From an uncultured Clostridia bacterium (lineage in GTDB: Bacteria > Bacillota > Clostridia > Christensenellales > UBA1242), in contig CALWDZ010000007.1 in NCBI GenBank assembly GCA_944376845.1, positions 1,294 to 65,293 of the forward strand: DNA of 64,000 nt, given 5' to 3'. Of the stretch, positions 1 through 7,147 are shown in pieces (the first letter of the stretch is position 1; every line of letters starts with the position of its first letter). Position numbers and translations under genes: made by a program. The notes below the pieces were generated by a model. That model was not told the DNA's origin. It worked only from the letters and a program-made list of their open reading frames with translations, and did no database searches.

Positions 1-13
1 GAGCTACAAACCC
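1..13 (-). tRNA. partial tRNA (5' acceptor stem and start of D arm only; the rest is outside the window)
   Basis: Reverse complement reads GGGTTTGTAGCTC, a typical tRNA 5' end. It starts 4 nt after the CCA end of the upstream tRNA-Gly on the minus strand. Confidence 0.4.
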
Positions 14-17
14 ATAG

Positions 18-91
18 TGGAGCGGGTGAAGGGAATCGGACCCTCGCAACCAGCTTGGAAGGCTGGGACTCTACCACTGAGCTACACCCGC
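18..91 (-). tRNA. tRNA-Gly (anticodon UCC), CCA encoded
   Basis: Reverse complement is GCGGGTGTAGCTCAGTGGTAGAGTCCCAGCCTTCCAAGCTGGTTGCGAGGGTCCGATTCCCTTCACCCGCTCCA. It folds as a cloverleaf with acceptor GCGGGTG/CACCCGC and anticodon loop CTTCCAA. The T-loop is TCCGATT, which is non-canonical. Confidence 0.88.
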
Positions 92-106
92 ATCAGCACA
101 GGTAAT

Positions 107-135
107 ATATTATCACATGCCAATTATGTTGTCAA
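107..135 (-). promoter_or_regulatory. sigma-A type promoter for the minus-strand tRNA cluster
   Basis: On the minus strand: TTGACA, 17-nt spacer, TGaTAATAT (extended -10). The -10 ends about 15 nt upstream of the tRNA-Gly 5' end. Confidence 0.5.
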
Positions 136-152
136 CAAAATTGTAAAAAATA

Positions 153-181
153 TTTACTTATGCTTTCGGGTATGTTAAAAT
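153..181 (+). promoter_or_regulatory. candidate promoter placed for a leaderless transcript of the RNHCP gene
   Basis: TTTACT (153-158), 17-nt spacer, TGtTAAAAT (-10 hexamer 176-181). The ATG at 188 is only 6 nt downstream and has no Shine-Dalgarno. Confidence 0.4.
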
Positions 182-187
182 CAAATC

Positions 188-514
188 ATGACTAAATTAT
201 TTTCTAAAAATGATGACAGTTTTATTTGTGAAAATTGTCATAAAACAATAGATAAACTCGGATACACTTCACGCGACCATTGTTCTAGGTGCTTATGTAG
301 TAAACATGTAGATATTTTGCCAGGTGACAGACAAAATGATTGTCAAGGATTAATGGTGCCGATTTCTTGTTCATTTTCAACAAAAAAAGGATATATAATT
401 ACTTATAAATGCACAAAATGTGGAGAAATACATAACAACAAGGCGGCAAATGATGATAATAAAAATGCCATTTTTGCTGTTATGAATGGTTCATATAATA
501 AAGATAACTATTGA
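188..514 (+). CDS. RNHCP domain-containing zinc-ribbon protein
   Basis: Contains CENC...RDHCSRCLCSKHVD...PGDR...C...CTKCG, matching the RNHCP-family signature (RNHCPxCLxSxHVD followed by PGDR and a second CxxC pair). Confidence 0.75.
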   Translation: MTKLFSKNDDSFICENCHKTIDKLGYTSRDHCSRCLCSKHVDILPGDRQNDCQGLMVPISCSFSTKKGYIITYKCTKCGEIHNNKAANDDNKNAIFAVMNGSYNKDNY

Positions 515-555
515 AATAGTTTTGTAGTTATGATAGACTTAGTTAGGAGTGTAAA

Positions 556-1143
556 ATGAAAGTAGTTTACAAAGATGCCTTATTTCTAATAAAAAAGTAT
601 GATACAACTGATTTTCTTCAAAATATGCAAGAAATCACAGATGATTGTAATAGAGTTATAGCAAGTTACGAAATTGTAGATGAAACTGATGAAATGTTAT
701 ACGCAAATGATGATTACGATTTTGAAAGAGATAAAGAAGCATTAAGTGAGTTATTTACGAACAATTTTCTTGACAATATCAAATACAATGTTTATATCCT
801 TTATATTGAAAACGCCCCTATAGGCTATGCAATTTATAGTCAAAAGGATAACACAAACTCTTATGTTTTGGAATTTATTCATATATCTAAAGATTACACA
901 AGTATGGGCTATGGCACATTTTTATTAAAACAAAGTGCAACCAATTTAAAAAACACTGAAAAAGCAGAAGAAATAATGTCAACAATAAATAAAAACAACG
1001 CAAAAAGTCTATATTTGCATGAATCATTCATTGTTAAAAATGGTTTAAAGTACTATATAAATGATTATGGTGACAGGTTTGTATGGCATATGGATATTTC
1101 AAAATTAAATGAGAAAAGTGAAACTAGTGACTTGACATTATAA
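556..1143 (+). CDS. GNAT-family N-acetyltransferase (divergent)
   Basis: Motif A-like SMGYGTFLL after a beta-strand region (YILYIENAPIGYAIY...EFIHISKDY), and a C-terminal NNAKSLYLHESF resembling the GNAT N..A..lY...GF motif. Good SD (AGGAG). Confidence 0.55.
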   Translation: MKVVYKDALFLIKKYDTTDFLQNMQEITDDCNRVIASYEIVDETDEMLYANDDYDFERDKEALSELFTNNFLDNIKYNVYILYIENAPIGYAIYSQKDNTNSYVLEFIHISKDYTSMGYGTFLLKQSATNLKNTEKAEEIMSTINKNNAKSLYLHESFIVKNGLKYYINDYGDRFVWHMDISKLNEKSETSDLTL

Positions 1144-1158
1144 GTGGTGGAGAGTAAC

Positions 1159-1196
1159 AAAAAAATGAGCATATATGCATATATGCTCATTTTTTG
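1159..1196. terminator. bidirectional rho-independent terminator between convergent genes
   Basis: Perfect 10-bp hairpin ATGAGCATAT/ATATGCTCAT flanked by an A-run upstream and a T-run downstream. Confidence 0.7.
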
Positions 1197-1204
1197 TAAT
1201 TTTT

Positions 1205-1588
1205 TTATTCTGGTTTATCAAAGAAAACATACATATTTGTAAGTTGACCTACACACATGATATAACTATACACAAGGTTAGTTAGTTGTGTTTCGTCTAT
1301 AACATTAGCAGTTAAAGAACCCGCTTTTATTGTAAAGCCGTAAATTTTTAGAACTGCACTTATGCAAGATTTAACATCCGCCGCTTTAAGGTCATACATT
1401 TCGTTCATATACTTTAAAGTTGTTTTTTTGTCAGTGAGATACCAGTTATTCTTTTCATTAACTAAGTAAATTTTTACCTCTTCTCCATTTTGGAAAAGGG
1501 CACCACTATTTATTTGCCATTCTGTTGTACTAATTGGGGTAAGTGAAATTGAACCAATTAGTGCTTTATTTACATCTGAAATTGTCAT
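1205..1588 (-). CDS. hypothetical protein (127 aa, possibly DUF1828/YbjN-like small alpha/beta protein)
   Basis: Clean ORF with an AGGAG SD and its own promoter. No motif that I can assign confidently. Confidence 0.5.
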   Translation of the reverse strand: MTISDVNKALIGSISLTPISTTEWQINSGALFQNGEEVKIYLVNEKNNWYLTDKKTTLKYMNEMYDLKAADVKSCISAVLKIYGFTIKAGSLTANVIDETQLTNLVYSYIMCVGQLTNMYVFFDKPE

Positions 1589-1608
1589 ATTACACTCCTA
1601 CTAAAATA

Positions 1609-1637
1609 AATATATCACAATAAAAGATACTATGCAA
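1609..1637 (-). promoter_or_regulatory. sigma-A type promoter for the 1205-1588 gene
   Basis: On the minus strand: TTGCAT, 17-nt spacer, TGaTATATT. Confidence 0.45.
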
Positions 1638-1679
1638 ACAATTTGAATAAATTTAATATAAGAAAGTGATTGTCGAAAT

Positions 1680-1707
1680 TTGACTATTTCATTGTTTATG
1701 ATATAAT
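1680..1707 (+). promoter_or_regulatory. strong sigma-A promoter placed for a leaderless ung transcript
   Basis: TTGACT (1680-1685), 16-nt spacer, TGaTATAAT (-10 hexamer 1702-1707). The ung ATG at 1715 is 7 nt downstream with no SD. Confidence 0.55.
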
Positions 1708-1714
1708 AATAAAT

Positions 1715-2377
1715 ATGCTTAAGCTATGTAAGAATTGGTATAATATTTTGAGTGGTGAATTTTCTAAACCATATTTTTTGAACTTGCAACAAAAATTGAC
1801 TGATGAATACAATAGATATACAATTTATCCACCAATGGAAAAAGTTTTTTCAGCATTAAACTATGTTAAGTTTGATGATGTCAAAGTTGTAATAGTTGGT
1901 CAAGACCCATATCACGAAGAAGGGCAGGCAATGGGCATGAGTTTTTCTGTACCAGAAAGTTGTGTAATTCCGCCATCTCTTGTAAATATTTTTAAGGAAA
2001 TAAAGTCCGACCTAGGCATTGATTGTATTCAAAATGGTGATTTAAGTCGGTGGGCAAAGCAAGGAGTACTATTACTTAATGCTGTTTTAACAGTTAGAAA
2101 GGGTAGTGCAAATTCACATAAAGGAATAGGTTGGGAAACCTTTACTAGTGAAATCATAAAAAAACTTAATGAACGTGAAGACCCAGTTGTATTTGTACTT
2201 TGGGGTAACAATGCAAAAGCGGTTATGCCACTAATTACAAACAAGCAACACTACATACTAACCGCATCACATCCAAGTCCACTTTCAGCATATAACGGCT
2301 TTTTTGGATGTAAACATTTTTCTAAAATAAATAACATATTGCAAAGTCTTGGCAAAACGCCAATAGATTGGCATTAA
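1715..2377 (+). CDS. ung: uracil-DNA glycosylase
   Basis: Family-1 UDG motifs VVIVGQDPYH and HPSPLSA. From the ATG at 1715 the N-terminus aligns with Ung (W..L..E..KPYF..L). The ORF-track TTG start at 1670 adds a non-homologous extension that overlaps the promoter. Confidence 0.9.
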   Translation: MLKLCKNWYNILSGEFSKPYFLNLQQKLTDEYNRYTIYPPMEKVFSALNYVKFDDVKVVIVGQDPYHEEGQAMGMSFSVPESCVIPPSLVNIFKEIKSDLGIDCIQNGDLSRWAKQGVLLLNAVLTVRKGSANSHKGIGWETFTSEIIKKLNEREDPVVFVLWGNNAKAVMPLITNKQHYILTASHPSPLSAYNGFFGCKHFSKINNILQSLGKTPIDWH

Positions 2378-2389
2378 AAAGGAGATAAT

Positions 2390-2977
2390 ATGGTCATCGG
2401 AATTATTATCAGCTGTGCAGTACTTTTACTTGCAGCATTTTACACAGTAAAGTTTGTACAAAAACAGCGTTCAAAACCACGCAAACCCAAAAAAGAGAAA
2501 CAAAAAAAATCTGAAATTGCGACAAAAGAGACAGTGGTTAAAAATGTACATTTAATTGTCAAATCTCCTTATATGATGCGTAAAGAAGTGCTTTTTTGGA
2601 AATATCTTAATACTATTTTGCCAAAACAATATATTGTTGTACCAAAAGTGTCACTTGTTGATTTGCTCATTCCAGATGGGGATAAATCTATTTTTAGGCT
2701 TATTGCCGATAAAACATTAGACTATGTAATTTTTAAAGAACAAAATATGTCTGTTGCTTTGGTGCTAGACATTTATGATAAATCATATGGTGATGAAATG
2801 CTTGATGAGCAGGATCCATTTTTGCGAGAAATTCTTGGAAAGTTGAATATAAGTGTTGAAAGTATATTGGTTGCCAATGATTTTGATAGAGAACAGTGTA
2901 AAGAACAAATTTACAAAGCATTGGGCTTGTATGTTGCAAACGATAATACAAATAACACTAAAGACGAAAGTAAATAA
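2390..2977 (+). CDS. membrane-anchored DUF2726-like (restriction-endonuclease-fold) protein
   Basis: N-terminal TM helix and a basic linker. The region KEVLFWKYLNTILPKQYIVVPKVSLVDLL...LDYVIF...ALVLDIYDKSY resembles the DUF2726 core. Confidence 0.5.
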   Translation: MVIGIIISCAVLLLAAFYTVKFVQKQRSKPRKPKKEKQKKSEIATKETVVKNVHLIVKSPYMMRKEVLFWKYLNTILPKQYIVVPKVSLVDLLIPDGDKSIFRLIADKTLDYVIFKEQNMSVALVLDIYDKSYGDEMLDEQDPFLREILGKLNISVESILVANDFDREQCKEQIYKALGLYVANDNTNNTKDESK

Positions 2978-2983
2978 AAAAAA

Positions 2984-3250
2984 GCTGTGCGACTAATTCG
3001 ATAAGTTCACACATACCGCTTCTCAAATGTGCTACTCCACCAACGCTACCTTGCGACAATATACCACAAGCTTAATGTTGCTACCGTCAGGTCCTCACAT
3101 GGTTCACAAGTGTTTTACTACGCAAGACATTGATTTCATCATAGAACAAATGAAAAACTAATATATGTGCACAAACCTCAGTTAGTTGGTCAACTCTACA
3201 TATAGTGGATTGTAGATTCAGGGAACCACTAACTCCCCGTTTAGCACAGC
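2984..3250 (-). ncRNA. ffs: signal recognition particle RNA, long Bacillus type with Alu domain (scRNA)
   Basis: Reverse complement contains GCTGTGCTAAACGGGGAGTTAGTGGTTCCCTG (B. subtilis scRNA has GCTGTGCTAAGCGGGGAGGTAGCGGTGCCCTG). It also contains the domain IV core GAACCATGTGAGGACCTGACGGTAGCAACATTAAG. The closing helix GCUGUGC/GCACAGC is followed by a U-tract. Confidence 0.85.
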
Positions 3251-3256
3251 ATTGTT

Positions 3257-3285
3257 AGTATAGATAAATTTTTTTAAAAAAGCAA
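3257..3285 (-). promoter_or_regulatory. sigma-A type promoter for SRP RNA
   Basis: On the minus strand: TTGCTT, 17-nt spacer, TATACT. The -10 ends about 7 nt before the predicted RNA 5' end. Confidence 0.5.
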
Positions 3286-3358
3286 CATTTTTTTTAATAA
3301 ATGCTTTAATTGTTTGCATTTTTTTTAATAAATAAATAAACTAAATAAAGAGGTGGCA

Positions 3359-4084
3359 ATGGAAAAACAAAAGTCAAACGCAGTAAGATTTATTGATGCA
3401 TACAACAAAATTGATTATGCACTAAGAGTGCAACACAATTTCAAACGTAGTTTAAGTTTTTCAGATATGATAAGAAAAGCAGTTGTACAAAACCATATTG
3501 TAAGGAAATATGAGGATGACCTTATAGATTTTGGTAGACTCAGAAATGCTATAGTACATAAATCAAATGATAAATTTTTGATTGCAGAACCACATACTGA
3601 TGTAACTGAAAAAATTGAAAAGATAGCAAGGCTTATAACAACTCCTCCAAAAGTTATTGAAACAGATTGTGTTCATGATGTTTTTACCATATCTTATGAT
3701 GTACCAGTTCAATCTGCAATTGAAATCATGGCACAAACATCATATTCAAATATTCCTGTATTTAAAGATGGAGTTTTAATTGGTGTTGCAAATGGACAAA
3801 AAATAATTGATGCTTTTGGCAAGTTTTTATTAGATGGTGGTGATGATACAGAATTTTTACAACATAAAAAAATTGAAGAGATTGTTAGTCAACCAACTAA
3901 CACTCAGTATTATGCAGTAGCAAGTATTGATGTGACAATTGAAGATGTAATGAATATGTTTTTCACAAACCGAAAACTTCTTTGTATCATATTAACAAAA
4001 AATGGAAAGATGGGAGAAACTCCAGTCGGAATTATTACATCTTCAGATTTTATGGAGTTAAATAAAATTATCGAAAATTACTAA
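3359..4084 (+). CDS. CBS-pair protein with an N-terminal HEPN-like four-helix domain (RNxxxH motif)
   Basis: The C-terminal half carries two CBS repeats (AIEIMAQTSYSNIPVF.DGVLIGV; IEDVMNMFFTNRKLLCIILT...PVGIITSSDF). The N-terminal ~95 aa are helical and contain FGRLRNAIVH. ATG 3359 follows a GAGGTG SD; the ORF-track start is GTG 3353. Confidence 0.65.
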   Translation: MEKQKSNAVRFIDAYNKIDYALRVQHNFKRSLSFSDMIRKAVVQNHIVRKYEDDLIDFGRLRNAIVHKSNDKFLIAEPHTDVTEKIEKIARLITTPPKVIETDCVHDVFTISYDVPVQSAIEIMAQTSYSNIPVFKDGVLIGVANGQKIIDAFGKFLLDGGDDTEFLQHKKIEEIVSQPTNTQYYAVASIDVTIEDVMNMFFTNRKLLCIILTKNGKMGETPVGIITSSDFMELNKIIENY

Positions 4085-4141
4085 AATTAAATTAAGCAAA
4101 ATAATTATGAAATTATTATTAAATGTGTTATCATATTTAAT

Positions 4142-6217
4142 ATGAAACAAAAAATTTTAGAATTTTTAAGACGAGGGAACATAAAATTTTCATCATATAA
4201 TGATATGGTGCTATTTTTTGCAGGGAAGTTTACTGCAACTCCAAAAGAGATCGGACAAATGCTTCAAGGCATGTTATCTCGTGGTGAAATTTATGAAGAT
4301 CACAAAGGTCAGTATAAAGTTGCTGATAGCAATTTCATTAAAGGTAGAATTGCTGGAACAACAAAAGGCTATGCTTTTTTAACGCCTATTGATAAAAATC
4401 TTCCCGATTTTTTTATATCAAAGCATTTTCTTATGAATGCACTTGATGGTGATTTAGTGCTTGCAAAAATTATTTCAAATACAGATAAATCAACAGAATG
4501 TCAAGTAGTTTCCATTTTGGAAAATGCAAATAAAAAAATAGTTGGGACTATCACTTATATAAACAAAAAAGATGCACTTATTGTGCCAGATAATAAGAAG
4601 TTGAACATTGAAGTTTTTGTTCCACAAAAATTTACAAAAAACGCCAAAAACAGCCAACGTGTTGTTGTACAAATTACTAATAGAAATGCAAGGCGAATAA
4701 GCGGAGAAGTAGTTGAAATTTTGGGCAACAGTGATGATGTATTAAGTCTTGAACTTGGTATAATAAGGCAACATAGACTATACGAAACTTTTCCAAAAGT
4801 CGTTATGGAAGAAGCACAAAATATTCCACAAAAAGTCACAAAAATCCAGGGTAGAAAAGATTTAAGAAACCAAAAAATATTTACAATAGACGGGGCTGAT
4901 GCTCGTGATTTTGATGATGCTGTTTCTATCAAACAAGAAGGGAAAAACTATATTCTTGGAGTTCATATTGCTGATGTTGGGGAATATGTTAAAGAGAATT
5001 CTCATTTGGATGAGGAAGCATACACAAGAGGCACAAGTGTATATTTTCCAAATATGGTTTTGCCAATGCTTCCAAAAGAACTTTCAAATGGTATTTGTTC
5101 TTTGAATGAAGGGCAGGATAGATATGCTCTTACTGTTGAGATGAAAATAGATGAAAATGGTGAAGTTTTAGAGCATAACATTTATGAAAGTGTTATAAAA
5201 TCGTGTCATAGGCTAACTTATGATGAAGCATATGCAGTACTTTGTGGAGAACATATTGAGAAAATTGCAGACATTGCAGAAGATTTATTAGTCATGAACC
5301 AACTCAGTAAAATTATAGAGAATCGACGTGTGAAAAATGGTGCTCTTGACCTTGAAATCGCAGAAAGTGAAATTGCAGTTGATGAAAATTTCAATGTTAC
5401 CTTTTTAAGTAAACGTGAAAGAAATGATGCGCATAAATTAATTGAAAATTTTATGGTAGTTGCAAATGAAACAATAGCGAAACATTTTAGTGATTTAAAA
5501 GTTCCTTTTGTTTATAGAATTCATGAAAAGCCTGTACTTATGAAAATCAAAAATGTTTGTGCATTTTTGGAAGGGCTTGGAATAACCACTCCAAGTGTTG
5601 GTAATGTAACTCCAAAATTTGTTCAAAAGTTATTAAATCTTACCAAAGATAAAGATTATGCAGAAATTGCTAATAAAGTGATACTTAGGTCACTTCAAAA
5701 AGCACGATACCTTGACGAAAATTTGGGACATTTTGGATTAAGTCTTGAAAATTATTGCCATTTTACTTCGCCAATAAGGCGTTATCCTGACCTTTGTATT
5801 CATAGGATAATTAAGGAGTGTTTACATTCAAAACTTAGCAAAACTAGGAAAGAACAGCTTAAAGATTTTGTGCTTGATGCATCTTTTAGGTCAAGTGAAA
5901 CAGAAAAAAATGCAGACGAAGCAGAACGTGATGTCGATGATTTATTTAAAGCACTTTATATTAAATCTCATATTGGTGAGAGTTTTGAAGGAATAATTAG
6001 TGGCGTAACAAACTATGGTTTTTATGTCGAACTTGATAACACTGTTGAAGGTTTAGTAAAAATTGAAGACCTTCCTGCTGACAACTATTTATATTATGAA
6101 AAGTCGCTAAAGTTAAAAGGAAATTCTCATATATATAGTCTTGGAGATAAAGTCAAGATTAAAGTTGTTTCAGTGAGTTTGGCTGAGCGCAAAGTAGATT
6201 TTGTGTTAGATAAGTAA
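4142..6217 (+). CDS. rnr: ribonuclease R
   Basis: RNB catalytic motif TIDGADARDFDDAVS, HFGL...YCHFTSPIRRYPD, and a C-terminal S1 domain (FEGIISGVTNYGFYVEL). Confidence 0.92.
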   Translation: MKQKILEFLRRGNIKFSSYNDMVLFFAGKFTATPKEIGQMLQGMLSRGEIYEDHKGQYKVADSNFIKGRIAGTTKGYAFLTPIDKNLPDFFISKHFLMNALDGDLVLAKIISNTDKSTECQVVSILENANKKIVGTITYINKKDALIVPDNKKLNIEVFVPQKFTKNAKNSQRVVVQITNRNARRISGEVVEILGNSDDVLSLELGIIRQHRLYETFPKVVMEEAQNIPQKVTKIQGRKDLRNQKIFTIDGADARDFDDAVSIKQEGKNYILGVHIADVGEYVKENSHLDEEAYTRGTSVYFPNMVLPMLPKELSNGICSLNEGQDRYALTVEMKIDENGEVLEHNIYESVIKSCHRLTYDEAYAVLCGEHIEKIADIAEDLLVMNQLSKIIENRRVKNGALDLEIAESEIAVDENFNVTFLSKRERNDAHKLIENFMVVANETIAKHFSDLKVPFVYRIHEKPVLMKIKNVCAFLEGLGITTPSVGNVTPKFVQKLLNLTKDKDYAEIANKVILRSLQKARYLDENLGHFGLSLENYCHFTSPIRRYPDLCIHRIIKECLHSKLSKTRKEQLKDFVLDASFRSSETEKNADEAERDVDDLFKALYIKSHIGESFEGIISGVTNYGFYVELDNTVEGLVKIEDLPADNYLYYEKSLKLKGNSHIYSLGDKVKIKVVSVSLAERKVDFVLDK

Positions 6218-6294
6218 AGAAAATGCAAAAAAATTGTAATTTTATATAAAAATATGCAATTTGGGTATTGAAAATTTAAAAAAGAGGTGATATA

Positions 6295-6750
6295 ATGGGC
6301 TGTGCAGTTAAGATAATTTGCAATAACAAAAAAGCCTATCATAACTATTTTATCTTAGATTCATATGAGGCTGGCATTGAACTTAAAGGAAGCGAGGTAA
6401 AGTCAGTTAAGTCTGGCGGGATGAGTATAAACGATGCTTTCATATCGGTTAAAAATGGGGAAGTTTTTTTAAAAAATGCATATATTAAACCATATGACAA
6501 GGCAACAAATTTCATCCCTTTGGCAACTAGAACAAGAAGATTGCTTCTGAATAGGTTTGAAATTGACAAAATTTTGAAACAGCAACAAATAAAAGGCAAC
6601 AGTGTAATTCCACTCAAAGTTTATGTCAAAAATGGCCTTGTAAAAGTCGAAATTGCTACAGCAAAAGGTAAAAAACTTTATGATAAGCGAGAAGTTCTCA
6701 AACAAAAAGCCATAAAAATGGCTATTGAAAGAGAACGGGGGAGTTGTTAG
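6295..6750 (+). CDS. smpB: SsrA-binding protein
   Basis: NKKAYHNYFI...EAGIELKGSEVKS and the C-terminal KGKKLYDKRE tail. Located immediately upstream of tmRNA. Confidence 0.93.
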   Translation: MGCAVKIICNNKKAYHNYFILDSYEAGIELKGSEVKSVKSGGMSINDAFISVKNGEVFLKNAYIKPYDKATNFIPLATRTRRLLLNRFEIDKILKQQQIKGNSVIPLKVYVKNGLVKVEIATAKGKKLYDKREVLKQKAIKMAIERERGSC

Positions 6751-6751
6751 C

Positions 6752-7096
6752 GGGGACGTTTTGGTTTCGACGGGGAAGACAGCATTAGATGTAAAGCGTG
6801 TGGTAGTTTCGGACTACCTTAAAACCGAAAAATGCTTAAACGCAAACAACAATAACGCCGTAGCTATGGCAGCCTAAGTGCAATTAGCTATCTAAGTACC
6901 TTGTGTCGCGGTAATTAGATCGGAATAGACACAAAATTTTGTAAGTATGCCTAGACTTTCAATCTTATTTATAGGCTAGTGATTAAGTATTTTGTTTGTG
7001 GAAGACTTAAAAGCGAAATTAAAACACAAACTACACACGTAGAAAAGTCTTATGAGGCTTTTTCGGACGCGAGTTCGACTCTCGCCGTCTCCACCA
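6752..7096 (+). ncRNA. ssrA: transfer-messenger RNA
   Basis: 5' end GGGGACGTTTTGGTTTCGACGGGG and 3' end GGACGCGAGTTCGACTCTCGCCGTCTCCACCA (tRNA-Ala-like). Internal tag frame 6842-6877 encodes ANNNNAVAMAA followed by a stop. Confidence 0.9.
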
Positions 7097-7147
7097 TCAT
7101 GTTAAAGCAAATTACTTAAAAAAATTAAAAAGGAAGGAAAGTTAATT

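Noticed and set aside
1670-1714. N-terminal extensions implied by ORF-track starts. The cases are ung 1670, lepA 14633, ylxM 17623, trmH 40589, yebC 41343, ruvC 42076, tgt 45169, yajC 46504, the membrane protein at 47051 and the deacetylase at 58586.
   Set aside because: The extensions are non-homologous to the respective families. They start at TTG or overlap promoters, terminators or upstream genes. Internal ATGs give canonical N-termini, usually with an SD.
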